Positions 1 to 9,530 of a stretch of 27,110 nucleotides of DNA are shown here, piece by piece. Source of the DNA: Patescibacteria group bacterium. GTDB lineage: Bacteria; Patescibacteriota; Microgenomatia; UBA1400; MFAQ01. Positions within the stretch are counted from its first letter, which is position 1. Every line of letters begins with the position of its first letter. The notes below the pieces were generated by a model, which had not been told where the DNA came from, did not search any database, and saw only the letters and a program-made list of their open reading frames with translations. The translations under genes were made by a program, and so were the position numbers. The stretch covers positions 1 to 27,110 of the forward strand of contig DASVZW010000069.1 of assembly GCA_036391475.1 (NCBI GenBank), written 5' to 3'.

Positions 1-975
1 GGTGACTGGAATGTGGATAGAAGCAGAAAAGTGTTTGAAGTGGCTAAGAAATTGTCCGGCAGGCCGGACGTAATAGTGATGGAAGCAACTAATACCGGTT
101 CTGAAAAAGCTTATTTGGGTAAGAATGAAAGTGATGTGAGAGACACTTTTATGGAATTGGTAAAAGAGTCGGATAATGAACTGATCGTATCGGTAGCGCC
201 AATAAACAATTTGACCAGATTGAGAAGCATTATGGAGGTGGCTGAGGCAACCGGAAGAAAATTAGCTTTGTCTTTCCCCCATTCAGAACTAGCGCTACAA
301 CTGGCCGCAGCTAAAAAATTGGCACCAACAGGCGCGGAGGGATTTGAAGATGTACTGCCGTATGACATTGGGAATGACCGGCTAACTGTTTGGGCAAAAC
401 AAATGACTTCGCCAAGAACTTTCCATAAAGCCTTGATAGAAATTGCCAATAGAGGAAACTTGGGCGCCTTAACACACGAAAGATTGTCGAGAGAAAACGG
501 TAAATGGATCGTGGTGGTTTCGCCATTTGACGTTTTGGAAGATCAGTTCGATGGTTTGAGAATCAACACCGGAATGAAAGTGGTTTGGATGGCGAGTTTC
601 CCCTTTGATCAGGACCAAAGATATTTTATTGGTGCCAATAATGAATGGATGAGGAGGTCGAAGAGAGTTAAGTTTGTGGCCGATATGGAGGTTGAGGGAC
701 AAGGTGGAAGAATAAAGTCAATGTTGCACGGAACAGGAGTTCTTCATGTTTCCGGCCACGCAACAGCCGAAGAAATGGTAGCGATAACTGACATTTTGGT
801 AGGGAGGGACCGTAAGAATATTCCAGTAATCATTAATCACACCGAAAATCCCGAAGAAGCCGGCAGGCTACTATCCAGCAGACTGGGTGATAGAGTAAAA
901 GTGATCTCCAGATTGGATAGATATGATCCGACGGATCCAATAGCGCATCCCGGTTTTTATTTTCCATTGATTTAA
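1..975 (+). CDS. RNase J-like metallo-beta-lactamase/beta-CASP protein, C-terminal part (5' truncated by window edge)
   Basis: Frame is open from position 1 (GDWNVDRS...). Motifs PDVIVMEATN, LHVSGHA and a later NHTE match the beta-CASP/RMMBL motif order of RNase J/CPSF-type nucleases. Confidence 0.75.
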   Translation, partial: GDWNVDRSRKVFEVAKKLSGRPDVIVMEATNTGSEKAYLGKNESDVRDTFMELVKESDNELIVSVAPINNLTRLRSIMEVAEATGRKLALSFPHSELALQLAAAKKLAPTGAEGFEDVLPYDIGNDRLTVWAKQMTSPRTFHKALIEIANRGNLGALTHERLSRENGKWIVVVSPFDVLEDQFDGLRINTGMKVVWMASFPFDQDQRYFIGANNEWMRRSKRVKFVADMEVEGQGGRIKSMLHGTGVLHVSGHATAEEMVAITDILVGRDRKNIPVIINHTENPEEAGRLLSSRLGDRVKVISRLDRYDPTDPIAHPGFYFPLI

Positions 976-1011
976 ACCAACAATAATATTTGTCTAATTT
1001 ATTACTAATCC

Positions 1012-1039
1012 TTGACTTGCTCTTGTTAGTTGGTATATT
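1012..1039 (+). promoter_or_regulatory. sigma70-type promoter, likely leaderless transcript
   Basis: TTGACT(1012-1017), 16 nt, then TG-n-TATATT(1034-1039), 6 nt before ATG 1046; no SD. Confidence 0.7.
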
Positions 1040-1045
1040 GAAGAT

Positions 1046-1417
1046 ATGAATAAATTGTTGATCGTGGAAGATGATGTGCTTCTGGACGAAGCATATAGAA
1101 GAAAGTTTGGAAGTATTTATGACGTAAGAATTGCAGTAGATGGTGAAGGCGGAATAAAAACGGCGATATCTTGGGAACCTGACCTAATTTTATTGGATAT
1201 TTATTTACCCGGGAGACTTAACGGATTGGATGTACTTCAAGCCATTAGGAAAGAAAGAAAACTTGAAAAAACACCGGTTTTGGTAATCACTAATTTACCC
1301 GATGCAATTGAAAGAGTAATGGCGATGGGAGCCACAAAATGCTATATGAAGACCGATGTAGATCTAAATGGAATTGAAACAGATATTGATGAATTGTTAG
1401 CGAAGCAAGAAAAATAA
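1046..1417 (+). CDS. Stand-alone CheY-like response regulator receiver
   Basis: LLIVEDD, LILLDIYLP (phospho-Asp), VITN, YMKT; 123 aa with no output domain. Confidence 0.92.
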   Translation: MNKLLIVEDDVLLDEAYRRKFGSIYDVRIAVDGEGGIKTAISWEPDLILLDIYLPGRLNGLDVLQAIRKERKLEKTPVLVITNLPDAIERVMAMGATKCYMKTDVDLNGIETDIDELLAKQEK

Positions 1418-1431
1418 GAATTTAGCTCTAA

Positions 1432-3564
1432 TTGTTAATGAGAATACGTTTGGGGAGATTTGGTTCGGATATTAAGATCACTAAATCATATCTACTGGCG
1501 ATCTTTTCAGTGATCATACTTTTTTTGGGATCGGTGGTGGTTTGGAATTACGTAAATGACACGGCGAAGTCGGAAAGAGCCGAGGACTTCGAATCCCTTA
1601 CGGAAGATCAGATAAATAGTTTCAAAAAAATAGCCGACGAAGCAGTTAACTTTTTATACGATTTGAGAGGCGGCATAACTTTGGGGGAGATGAATGGTAC
1701 AAAATGGAGAAATTTTATGTTTGCTTCCGGTTTGGAGCAAAGATATCCGGGGATAATGTCTTTTTCTTATGAAGAGATAATAAACAAACAAGATGAGACA
1801 AGTTTTGTAGATAAACTCAAAAAAGAAGAGACTGCCTTAGCATATTCTTCCTATGTAATATTTCCCAGCTCGTCTAATGCGCAGAAGTACCCGATTAAGT
1901 ATCTTTATACTTATGACCAGGATCTATCACTCCTTTTGGGTTATGATGTCGGCACTTCAGAAATACAACTTGCAGCTATAAGAGAAGCGGTACTGAACGG
2001 GACGCCATATATGACGACTTTGTTTAGTCTGGGGAATGTAGTTCAAAATAGTCAGAAATCAGATTATGTGATAACTTTGCCGGTTTATTCGAATGTATTG
2101 GCTTTGGAGTTGTCTCCAAGTGAAAGGCAAAAGTTCTTGGTCGGGTTTGTAAATGTTTGGATCAAGCCCGAAAGTTTGTTTGGATACGTGGCTAAGGACA
2201 ACAGCGGATTGGTAAGTAACTTGGCCTATTCAGTAAAAGACGGTGATAAAGAAGTTTTCTCATATCAACAAGATAAAGTAAATTTGAGTTTAAAAACATC
2301 GAAAGAAATAAATATTTATGGAAGAGATTTTACGGTGGATTTTTCCGGAGTTAAGACGGACGTAATATCCAGTTTGATCGATAATCTGCCTACATACGCT
2401 TTTATAGTTTTGCTTTTGATGAATTTGCTTTGGGATCTGACGATGTTGGGAATGATAGTGGCCCGTAAACGGGCACAAAGGGCAGCCGATCTGGCAACAA
2501 AAGACCTCATCAAATTCAAGCAGGCGGTTGACGGTGTGTCCGACTTGGTAATAATCACCGATCCCGACGCAAAAATTTTATATGCTAATAACGCTTCCAA
2601 AAAAATTACCGGGTATGACAAAAAGGAGATAATTGGCAAAAATCCATCGTTATGGGGCAAAAGAATGGATACAGACTTTTATGAACACTTTTGGAAGACA
2701 TTAAAAGTTGACAAGAAAGTATTTAATGGAGAGGTAACAAATAAACGTAAGAATGGTGAAGTATATGAGGCGGAACTGAGTGTCTGGCCGATCCTAGGAG
2801 AGAAAAAAGAGCTGATTTATCTGGTGGGCATTGAGAGAGATATAAGCAAAACAAAGGCAGTGGAAAGAATGAAAACGGAGTTTATATCATTGGCAAGTCA
2901 TCAGCTGAGAACACCTTTATCGGCGGTGAAGTGGTTCGGTAAAATGTTGGCAGATGGTGAAGCAGGCCCGTTAAGTAAGACACAAGCCGAGTACTTAAAT
3001 AAAATAAACGAAAGTAATGAAAGAGAAATACAACTAGTTAATTCACTGCTTAACGTAAGCCGGATCGAATCAGGCAAAATTAAATTATCACCCAAACCGA
3101 CAGACATAAGATCATTAGTAGAAGCGACTGTGAGTGATGTCCGTGTGGGTCTTAACAACAAAAAACGGAAAATCTTGGTGGACATGCCAAAAGATATTCC
3201 TCTGGTTGAAGTAGATCCGGACTTGATGCGACATGTATATATGAATTTATTGATGAACGCAGTCAATTATTCAGACGAAAATGACTCGATAAAGATCGAT
3301 ATTTCACTCAAAGATGGAGAGATGATAACCAAAATATCCGATACAGGAATTGGCATACCCGCAGCCGAAAAAACCAGAATATTCGAGAAATTTTTCAGGG
3401 GTAGCAACGCTCTAAAAAAAGAAACAGATGGCAGCGGTTTGGGATTATATCTGACAAAGACAATCATCGAATCATCAGGGGGAAAGATTTGGTTTGAGAG
3501 TAAAGAAAATATGGGAACAACTTTTTGGTTTACGATTCCAATTGAGTCGGGAAAGATGATCTAA
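1432..3564 (+). CDS. Membrane sensor histidine kinase: TM-CHASE-TM-PAS-HisKA-HATPase_c (alternative start ATG 1438)
   Basis: Two TM segments flank a CHASE-like region (YPGI, YPIKYLY, LLGYDV). PAS: VIITDPDAKILYAN...NKRKNGE. H-box SLASHQLRTPL; N box NAVNYS; G1 DTGIGIP; F box FEKFFRG; G2 GSGLGL. Confidence 0.93.
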   Translation: MLMRIRLGRFGSDIKITKSYLLAIFSVIILFLGSVVVWNYVNDTAKSERAEDFESLTEDQINSFKKIADEAVNFLYDLRGGITLGEMNGTKWRNFMFASGLEQRYPGIMSFSYEEIINKQDETSFVDKLKKEETALAYSSYVIFPSSSNAQKYPIKYLYTYDQDLSLLLGYDVGTSEIQLAAIREAVLNGTPYMTTLFSLGNVVQNSQKSDYVITLPVYSNVLALELSPSERQKFLVGFVNVWIKPESLFGYVAKDNSGLVSNLAYSVKDGDKEVFSYQQDKVNLSLKTSKEINIYGRDFTVDFSGVKTDVISSLIDNLPTYAFIVLLLMNLLWDLTMLGMIVARKRAQRAADLATKDLIKFKQAVDGVSDLVIITDPDAKILYANNASKKITGYDKKEIIGKNPSLWGKRMDTDFYEHFWKTLKVDKKVFNGEVTNKRKNGEVYEAELSVWPILGEKKELIYLVGIERDISKTKAVERMKTEFISLASHQLRTPLSAVKWFGKMLADGEAGPLSKTQAEYLNKINESNEREIQLVNSLLNVSRIESGKIKLSPKPTDIRSLVEATVSDVRVGLNNKKRKILVDMPKDIPLVEVDPDLMRHVYMNLLMNAVNYSDENDSIKIDISLKDGEMITKISDTGIGIPAAEKTRIFEKFFRGSNALKKETDGSGLGLYLTKTIIESSGGKIWFESKENMGTTFWFTIPIESGKMI

Positions 3565-3610
3565 TCAGGTAGGACGTAGAGAGTTGTGGATTTTTATACT
3601 ATGATTAAAG

Positions 3611-3988
3611 GTGATGAAAGTTTTAGTGGTAGAAGACGATAGCTTTTTAGTTAACGCCTATAGAATAAAGTTTGGCAGGCTGGGTTATGAAACAAAAATG
3701 GCCGTTGATGGGGAATCGGCATTAAAAATTTTATCGGAGTGGACTCCAGACGTAGTGATCCTAGACTTGGTAATGCCAAAAATGGATGGATATGAGTTTT
3801 TGGAAAAAATGAGGGCTGTCCCAGAATATAAAAACATTCCGGTTTTAGTATCAACAAATTTGGGTCAACCGGAAGATGTCGATAGAGCAAAAGAATTGGG
3901 AGCAAATAACTATGTGATAAAAGGAAATTTATCTTTATCAGATCTGGTTAATAAACTTGAGGAATTAATCCCTAAGAAAAGTACTTAA
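3611..3988 (+). CDS. Stand-alone CheY-like response regulator receiver (alternative start ATG 3614)
   Basis: VLVVEDD, VILDLVMP, VSTN, YVIKG; no output domain; stop is 3 nt before pilB. Confidence 0.92.
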   Translation: MMKVLVVEDDSFLVNAYRIKFGRLGYETKMAVDGESALKILSEWTPDVVILDLVMPKMDGYEFLEKMRAVPEYKNIPVLVSTNLGQPEDVDRAKELGANNYVIKGNLSLSDLVNKLEELIPKKST

Positions 3989-3991
3989 TAA

Positions 3992-5674
3992 ATGGTCGAC
4001 AATACTGCCCTATATAGCGCTTTAGCAGAGTTACAGGTAGTTGACAGAAAATTACTTGATGAAGTTTGGGAGGAAGCCCGAGAATCAGGTGATCCTCTGT
4101 CGGAGTTGTTGCTGGAAAGAGATCTAATATCCGATGAGAACTTGGGATTATTGGTGGCGGATATGCTTAAGGTACCCTTTATCAGGCTCGAAAAAAATGT
4201 ATTAAATAGGGAAATTTTACAAATAATCCCGGAGGAGATGGCCAGGGCAAGAAGGTGCTTGGTTTTTAAAGTCGACAATGAGGGAACCCATATAGCCATG
4301 GAGGACCCAACCGATCTGGCGACGATCTCGTTGTTAAAAAATAAGATCTCCGGACCGATAAAAATATATTACGCTACCGAGAGAGATATAAAATTTGCCT
4401 TGTTCGCCTATCGACGAGAAGCATCCGAAGTATTTGAGGAAATGATCAATAGGCATGTTGGTGAGGCAAAAAGCCAACCGGAACCAGAGGCCCCGATCAT
4501 AAGAATCGTGGGGATGATGATCATCTATGCTTATCAAAGCAGGGCATCAGATATACACATCGAACCATATGAGGACTACATCCAGGTCCGTTTCAGAATA
4601 GATGGAGTGTTACAGGATGTAATAAGACTGCCTTTGGATCTTCTAAATCAGATTGTCAGCAGAATAAAAATAATGTCGAGCTTGCCCACAGATGAACATT
4701 CGATGGCACTTGACGGAAAATTTGTTTTTACGGTGCCCGATGTAGAAGATGTTGATGTCCGGGTATCGATAATCCCTTCCACTACCGGAGAAAGAATTGT
4801 AATGAGACTATTAGCAGGGAACATGCGGCAATACGCATTGTTGGATTTAGGTTTTTCCGATGAAGATATAAAGAAAGTGCGGGAAGCATACAGTAAACCT
4901 TACGGGATGTTGTTGTCGACCGGACCAACAGGTTCGGGAAAGACAACCACGATGTATGCTTTCATAAAAATTCTCAACCGGAGGAATGTAAATATCATGA
5001 CGATCGAGGATCCGGTCGAATATCAAATGAGAGGAGTGAACCAAATTCAGGTCAATGCCAAAACAAATTTAACTTTTGCGGCCGGACTGAAGTCAATTGT
5101 CCGACAAGATCCAAACATTATTTTGGTAGGTGAAATTAGAGATGAAGAAACTGCAAATATTGCGGTCAATGCGGCCTTGACAGGCCATTTGGTATTGTCG
5201 ACACTCCACACAAATGATGCTGCTACCACTATTCCGAGATTGTTGGAAATGAAGGTAGAACCATTTTTGGTGGCTTCCTCGGTGAATATGATCGTGGCTC
5301 AAAGATTGGTGAGGAAAATTTGTACGAGCTGTAGGGTAAGCAAGGTGATTAATCTGGAAGAACTAATAAAAGAGCTACCCGAAAAGGAAGTAATTCAGCA
5401 TTTGGAAAAAGAAGCGGAGGGAATGAGAGTTTACTATGGTAAAGGTTGTGGGGTTTGCAGACATACAGGTTACGTTGGCAGAATAGGAATTTTTGAAGTT
5501 ATGCCGGTTACCGAAGATATCAGAAAAGCGATCGTTGATAAAAGTGACGCCGAAGTTATAAAGAAAATAGCCATATCCGAAGGGATGCAAACGATGTTGG
5601 AAAATGGTTTGGATAAGGTAAAACTGGGGTTAACAACGGTTGAAGAGTTATTAAGGGTCATTAAAGGCTCATGA
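3992..5674 (+). CDS. pilB: Type IV pilus assembly ATPase PilB (GspE/PulE family) with degenerate MshEN N-terminus
   Basis: ASDIHIEP, Walker A GPTGSGKTTT, TIEDPVEY, Walker B ILVGEIRD, His box STLHTN, tetracysteine CTSC...CGVC. Confidence 0.93.
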   Translation: MVDNTALYSALAELQVVDRKLLDEVWEEARESGDPLSELLLERDLISDENLGLLVADMLKVPFIRLEKNVLNREILQIIPEEMARARRCLVFKVDNEGTHIAMEDPTDLATISLLKNKISGPIKIYYATERDIKFALFAYRREASEVFEEMINRHVGEAKSQPEPEAPIIRIVGMMIIYAYQSRASDIHIEPYEDYIQVRFRIDGVLQDVIRLPLDLLNQIVSRIKIMSSLPTDEHSMALDGKFVFTVPDVEDVDVRVSIIPSTTGERIVMRLLAGNMRQYALLDLGFSDEDIKKVREAYSKPYGMLLSTGPTGSGKTTTMYAFIKILNRRNVNIMTIEDPVEYQMRGVNQIQVNAKTNLTFAAGLKSIVRQDPNIILVGEIRDEETANIAVNAALTGHLVLSTLHTNDAATTIPRLLEMKVEPFLVASSVNMIVAQRLVRKICTSCRVSKVINLEELIKELPEKEVIQHLEKEAEGMRVYYGKGCGVCRHTGYVGRIGIFEVMPVTEDIRKAIVDKSDAEVIKKIAISEGMQTMLENGLDKVKLGLTTVEELLRVIKGS

Positions 5675-6711
5675 GAGTATCAAGGCTTGATAAATTGTTC
5701 TTAACGAAACATTTAGCGACAATGATCAAGGCCGGAGTGCCATTATCCGAAGCCCTAAATACGGTTTCGGAACAAGCAACGCCAGATTTAGCCACTTTGT
5801 TGAAAAAAATAGAAGAGGATGTGGAGAATGGAATGAATTTGGCTACTTCGATGAAGAAATATCCAAAGGTATTTGATACTTTTTATGTGAGTTTAATTGC
5901 TGCCGGAGAGGCGTCCGGTACCTTGGAAGAGAATTTAAGATTTTTGGCAATTCAATTAAATAAAGACTATATTTTGTCAAAAAAAATATCAGGGGCGCTA
6001 TTTTATCCGGGATTGGTAATAAGCGCGACAGTGATAATGGGGACCATCATATCTTGGTTCGTCTTGCCTCAATTGGCTGATCTGTTTACCTCTTTTGATG
6101 TGGCACTACCTTTATCGACAAGAATTCTTCTGGGTTTCGCGGCTCTAATGAAGAATTATGGCGGTTTAATCATTTTTGGAATGATCGGTTTGGTATTTTT
6201 ATTAGTTTTTATACTGAGAATCAAACCCATAAGATATCTGTTTGATAGTTGGATAATCAAATGGCCTTTTGTAGGGAAAATAGTAGTAGACGGAGAGATG
6301 GCCAGATTTTCAAGGAATCTTGGAACTTTACTTTCAAGTGGTATCCCGGTGGTAAACGCTATGGAGATCACCAGGGATACTTTGAGTAATTTAAGATTCA
6401 AAAAAGATCTGAAAGAGATAATAGAAAAAGTTTCAGAAGGTAAAAATATTTCTCTTGCCATGGATACAAAAAAACATTCCGAGTTTTCCAGAATGTCTAC
6501 AAAAATGGTAGAGGTTGGTGAAAAAACCGGTAAGCTCGATGAAATATTGATATATCTTTCAGATTATTACGAGGAAGAGATCGAAGACGTCAGTAAAAAT
6601 CTGTCCAACATTCTTGAACCGATATTGCTTTTAATTATCGGTGTGGTGGTGGCCTTTGTAGCTTTAGCAATAATAACCCCGATTTACTCATTAATAGGCG
6701 GGATTAAATAG
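5671..6711 (+). CDS. pilC: Type IV pilus inner-membrane platform protein PilC (GspF family)
   Basis: Two T2SSF repeats (LATMIKAGVPL...GEASGTLEE; LGTLLSSGIP...GEKTGKLDE...EP), TM helices, ATGA overlap with pilB. Confidence 0.93.
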   Translation: MRVSRLDKLFLTKHLATMIKAGVPLSEALNTVSEQATPDLATLLKKIEEDVENGMNLATSMKKYPKVFDTFYVSLIAAGEASGTLEENLRFLAIQLNKDYILSKKISGALFYPGLVISATVIMGTIISWFVLPQLADLFTSFDVALPLSTRILLGFAALMKNYGGLIIFGMIGLVFLLVFILRIKPIRYLFDSWIIKWPFVGKIVVDGEMARFSRNLGTLLSSGIPVVNAMEITRDTLSNLRFKKDLKEIIEKVSEGKNISLAMDTKKHSEFSRMSTKMVEVGEKTGKLDEILIYLSDYYEEEIEDVSKNLSNILEPILLLIIGVVVAFVALAIITPIYSLIGGIK

Positions 6712-6712
6712 A

Positions 6713-7141
6713 ATGAAAGGCTTTACGATAATCGAATTGATCATCGTAGTTTCTTTGGTAGGAATATTGACTGGGGTGGCGACACCCTTTTTGTCAGCCT
6801 TTATTTTAAGGGACAACTGGCACGTAGCCAGTGACAGAATAGTGTCGGAGTTAAGAAAGGCCCAGGCCTATGCCATGGATGGTAAAACAGTCGCCGGAAG
6901 TAACGTTTGGGGAGTATGTATGATAGGCAATACATTTAGATTGTTTAATGGAAACTGTAACAGTCCGAACCAGAATGAGGATTATTTAATTCCCAACGGG
7001 GTATCGATTACCGGATTAACAACACTAACTTTTGGAAATTTACGAGGAGAACCGTCGACTACATCTTTTTTAAATATCTCCACCAATTTAGGAACAACTA
7101 CGATTACGTTGAATGCGGCTGGGATGATACAAAGTAATTAA
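6713..7141 (+). CDS. Minor type IV pilin (FimT/GspH-like)
   Basis: Class III signal KG|FTIIEL, hydrophobic helix, SELRKAQAYAM, C-terminal ITLNAAG strand pattern. Confidence 0.82.
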   Translation: MKGFTIIELIIVVSLVGILTGVATPFLSAFILRDNWHVASDRIVSELRKAQAYAMDGKTVAGSNVWGVCMIGNTFRLFNGNCNSPNQNEDYLIPNGVSITGLTTLTFGNLRGEPSTTSFLNISTNLGTTTITLNAAGMIQSN

Positions 7142-7146
7142 ATAAA

Positions 7147-8625
7147 GTGAACCTAGTAAATGTAAAAGCAGATCGACATCAGAGAAAGAGTATGGGCTTT
7201 GGGTTGGTGGAGCTGATCGTGGCTATCGGAATATGGGTGGTAGTGGTGTCTTCAGGAACGGTTTTTATTTTGGGTGGTTTTCAGGTAAACAGGTTGGCTG
7301 ATGAACAAAGTAAAGCCAGCTCATTGGCTCAAGAAGGTTTAGAAGCCAGCTATTCAATAAAGAAACAAGGTTGGGATACACCGTTCTTGGCGATTAACTG
7401 TACTTCCGGGTGTGGAGTGGGCAGTGTGTCGGGGACTTGGCGATATTTAGGCAGCAATAATGTCATTGATAAATATACCAGACAGGTTTTTGTTTCACCG
7501 GTAAGTAGGGATGGCGGCGGTAATATAGTTTCTTCCGGTGGATCCGATGACCCAAATACAAAGAAAATCACTTCAACGGTGAGCTGGAACTTTTCTCCAC
7601 TCCGTAATGAAACGGTCAGCCTAATTAATTATGTAACAAATTATAAAAAGCATATTATCGGGAATTGGGCATTACCCCTGGTCGACAGCAACTATAATTT
7701 TTCGGGAAATGAGAATGTAATTGGACTGGCTTTGTCGGGAAACTACTTATACGTATTAAGGCCCTCCAGTGGTAATGATATAAATGTTCTTGATGTATCC
7801 AATACATCAACTCCGGTATTGGTGGGGACATTAGCCATTAGTGGATCGACGACAACAGGGATAGTGACCGACGGCACATATCTGTATATCTCCGATGCCA
7901 ATAATTCCTCCGAGTTAAGGATTGTGGATGTAAGTAATCCAACTTCGCCAACACTAATAACTTCTTATAACGTGCCGGGAAATTCTAATGCCAATGGTTT
8001 ATTCCAGACAGGAAATTATGTCTATTTGGTTAGGAACCATTCCGGTTCGGGGGCCGAGTTCGTAGTCGTTGATGTTTCCAATAAGTTATTACCGATTACC
8101 GTAGGAAGTTTGTCACTAAGTGGAAGCGCTAATCAGGTAGTGGTGATGGGTAATTATGCATATGTTGCCGACGCGGACAGTGCTGCCGAATTGCAGGTGA
8201 TCAATATTTCAAATCCGGCTGCCCCGGTTTTGACGGGAACATTAAATTTACCGGGCACAACAAGCGCTTTATCTGTTGCAGGATTTGGAACGACAGTTTT
8301 GGTAGGAAGGACCGGAGGCTCGATGAATATTGCAGATGTAACCAATCCGGCCTCCCCGGTATTGCTATCAACTTATACAGGAAGTGGCGGAAATATTAAC
8401 TCTATAAGCTTAGGAAATAATAACCAATATGCTTTTATGGCGACGACTTCAACCAGCCAGGAATTTCAGGTGGTTGATGTGAGCAATTTATCCTCACCAA
8501 CTCTGTTAGGTTTTATGAATATGGCGGCCGGATTAAGCTGGGTCATATATGACCCAAATACAGATAGGGCATTTTTAGGTTCTATGGATAATGCGGATGA
8601 AATATTTATTTTGAAACCATCATAA
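7147..8625 (+). CDS. Minor pilin fused to LVIVD-repeat beta-propeller
   Basis: MG|FGLVEL prepilin site. Six repeats of the form (L/F)x(I/V)(V/L)D(V/I)SNPxxP (INVLDVSNTSTP, LRIVDVSNPTSP, FVVVDVSNKLLP, LQVINISNPAAP, MNIADVTNPASP, FQVVDVSNLSSP). Confidence 0.82.
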   Translation: MNLVNVKADRHQRKSMGFGLVELIVAIGIWVVVVSSGTVFILGGFQVNRLADEQSKASSLAQEGLEASYSIKKQGWDTPFLAINCTSGCGVGSVSGTWRYLGSNNVIDKYTRQVFVSPVSRDGGGNIVSSGGSDDPNTKKITSTVSWNFSPLRNETVSLINYVTNYKKHIIGNWALPLVDSNYNFSGNENVIGLALSGNYLYVLRPSSGNDINVLDVSNTSTPVLVGTLAISGSTTTGIVTDGTYLYISDANNSSELRIVDVSNPTSPTLITSYNVPGNSNANGLFQTGNYVYLVRNHSGSGAEFVVVDVSNKLLPITVGSLSLSGSANQVVVMGNYAYVADADSAAELQVINISNPAAPVLTGTLNLPGTTSALSVAGFGTTVLVGRTGGSMNIADVTNPASPVLLSTYTGSGGNINSISLGNNNQYAFMATTSTSQEFQVVDVSNLSSPTLLGFMNMAAGLSWVIYDPNTDRAFLGSMDNADEIFILKPS

Positions 8626-9134
8626 TGAATACGAACAAAGGATTTAGTTTAATTGAGTTGATCTTGTACGTGGCAATTGTGGCAATTTTTATAACAGGAG
8701 TAGCCACTTTTGGTTGGAATGTAATTAATACGAGAGTAAAAAACCGGGTTTCACAAAGCGTAATCAGTAATCTTAGAATCGCCGTCCAGAGAATCGAATT
8801 CGAAATTAGGAACGCAAGTTCAATAAATAGTGTCGGTATAGGCTCTTTATCACTCGCTTATACAGACCCGGCCAGAAACCCAACAATAATTACTTTATCT
8901 TCGGGAAGAATAATGATCGGATGGGGTAGTAGCGGAAGTTGTCCTGTCAGTTCTCCGTGTCCTTTGACTTCAAATGAAGTTAATTTTACGAAACTAATAT
9001 TTACCAATATGAGTGGTGGAAGCTTGTCGGCCAATGTGAGATATGAGTTAGGGGCAGCGGGTGCTGTCAGTGGAAGTAAAGAATGGTCTTATGCAAGCTC
9101 CGCTACCAACAGTGCAGAAATTAGAAGCTATTAG
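8625..9134 (+). CDS. Minor type IV pilin (PilW/PulJ-like)
   Basis: KG|FSLIELILYVAI; TAATG overlap with upstream gene. Confidence 0.82.
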   Translation: MNTNKGFSLIELILYVAIVAIFITGVATFGWNVINTRVKNRVSQSVISNLRIAVQRIEFEIRNASSINSVGIGSLSLAYTDPARNPTIITLSSGRIMIGWGSSGSCPVSSPCPLTSNEVNFTKLIFTNMSGGSLSANVRYELGAAGAVSGSKEWSYASSATNSAEIRSY

Positions 9135-9152
9135 GTGTGATTAAATGGTACT

Positions 9153-9530
9153 GTGAGGAAAAATAATAATGGATATGTGGCAATAACCACAGTCCTAGTA
9201 GTCGGAGCGGTATTGCTAACGGTAGGTGTGGCTTTAACGATCAATTCAATTAACGAAGCACAAATATCACTGGCAGAAACTAAAAAAGAGGCCGCTTTGG
9301 CTTTGGTAGAGTCTTGTGTACAAGATGGTCTATTGAGAATAAATAAAAGCAATAGTTTGCCGGCGACGATAACTTTACCTCAAGGGACGTGCAATGTTAC
9401 TATTAATTCACACATCGGAAATGCCTGGATATTCAGTGTTTCAGGTGTTTTTGGGGGGTTCAAAAAAAATATTCAGGTATCGGCGAGTAGAACATCTACG
9501 ATCGGAATAACTAATTGGCAGGAAATGTAA
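9153..9530 (+). CDS. PilX/GspK-like minor pilin lacking Glu5
   Basis: NG|YVAITTVLVV hydrophobic start without E5, then ALALVESCVQDGLLRI; GTG start; last minor pilin in the cluster. Confidence 0.72.
   Translation: MRKNNNGYVAITTVLVVGAVLLTVGVALTINSINEAQISLAETKKEAALALVESCVQDGLLRINKSNSLPATITLPQGTCNVTINSHIGNAWIFSVSGVFGGFKKNIQVSASRTSTIGITNWQEM

Noticed and set aside
958-975. FYFPLI end of the RNase J-like protein as a second LP-type tag
   Set aside because: The protein is a cytoplasmic enzyme with no basic tail, and the resemblance is likely chance.
5979-9479. A8 tract in pilC and G6/A8 tracts near the end of the PilX-like gene as phase-variation sites
   Set aside because: They are too short for typical contingency tracts, are expected in AT-rich Lys/Gly codons, and the frames are intact.
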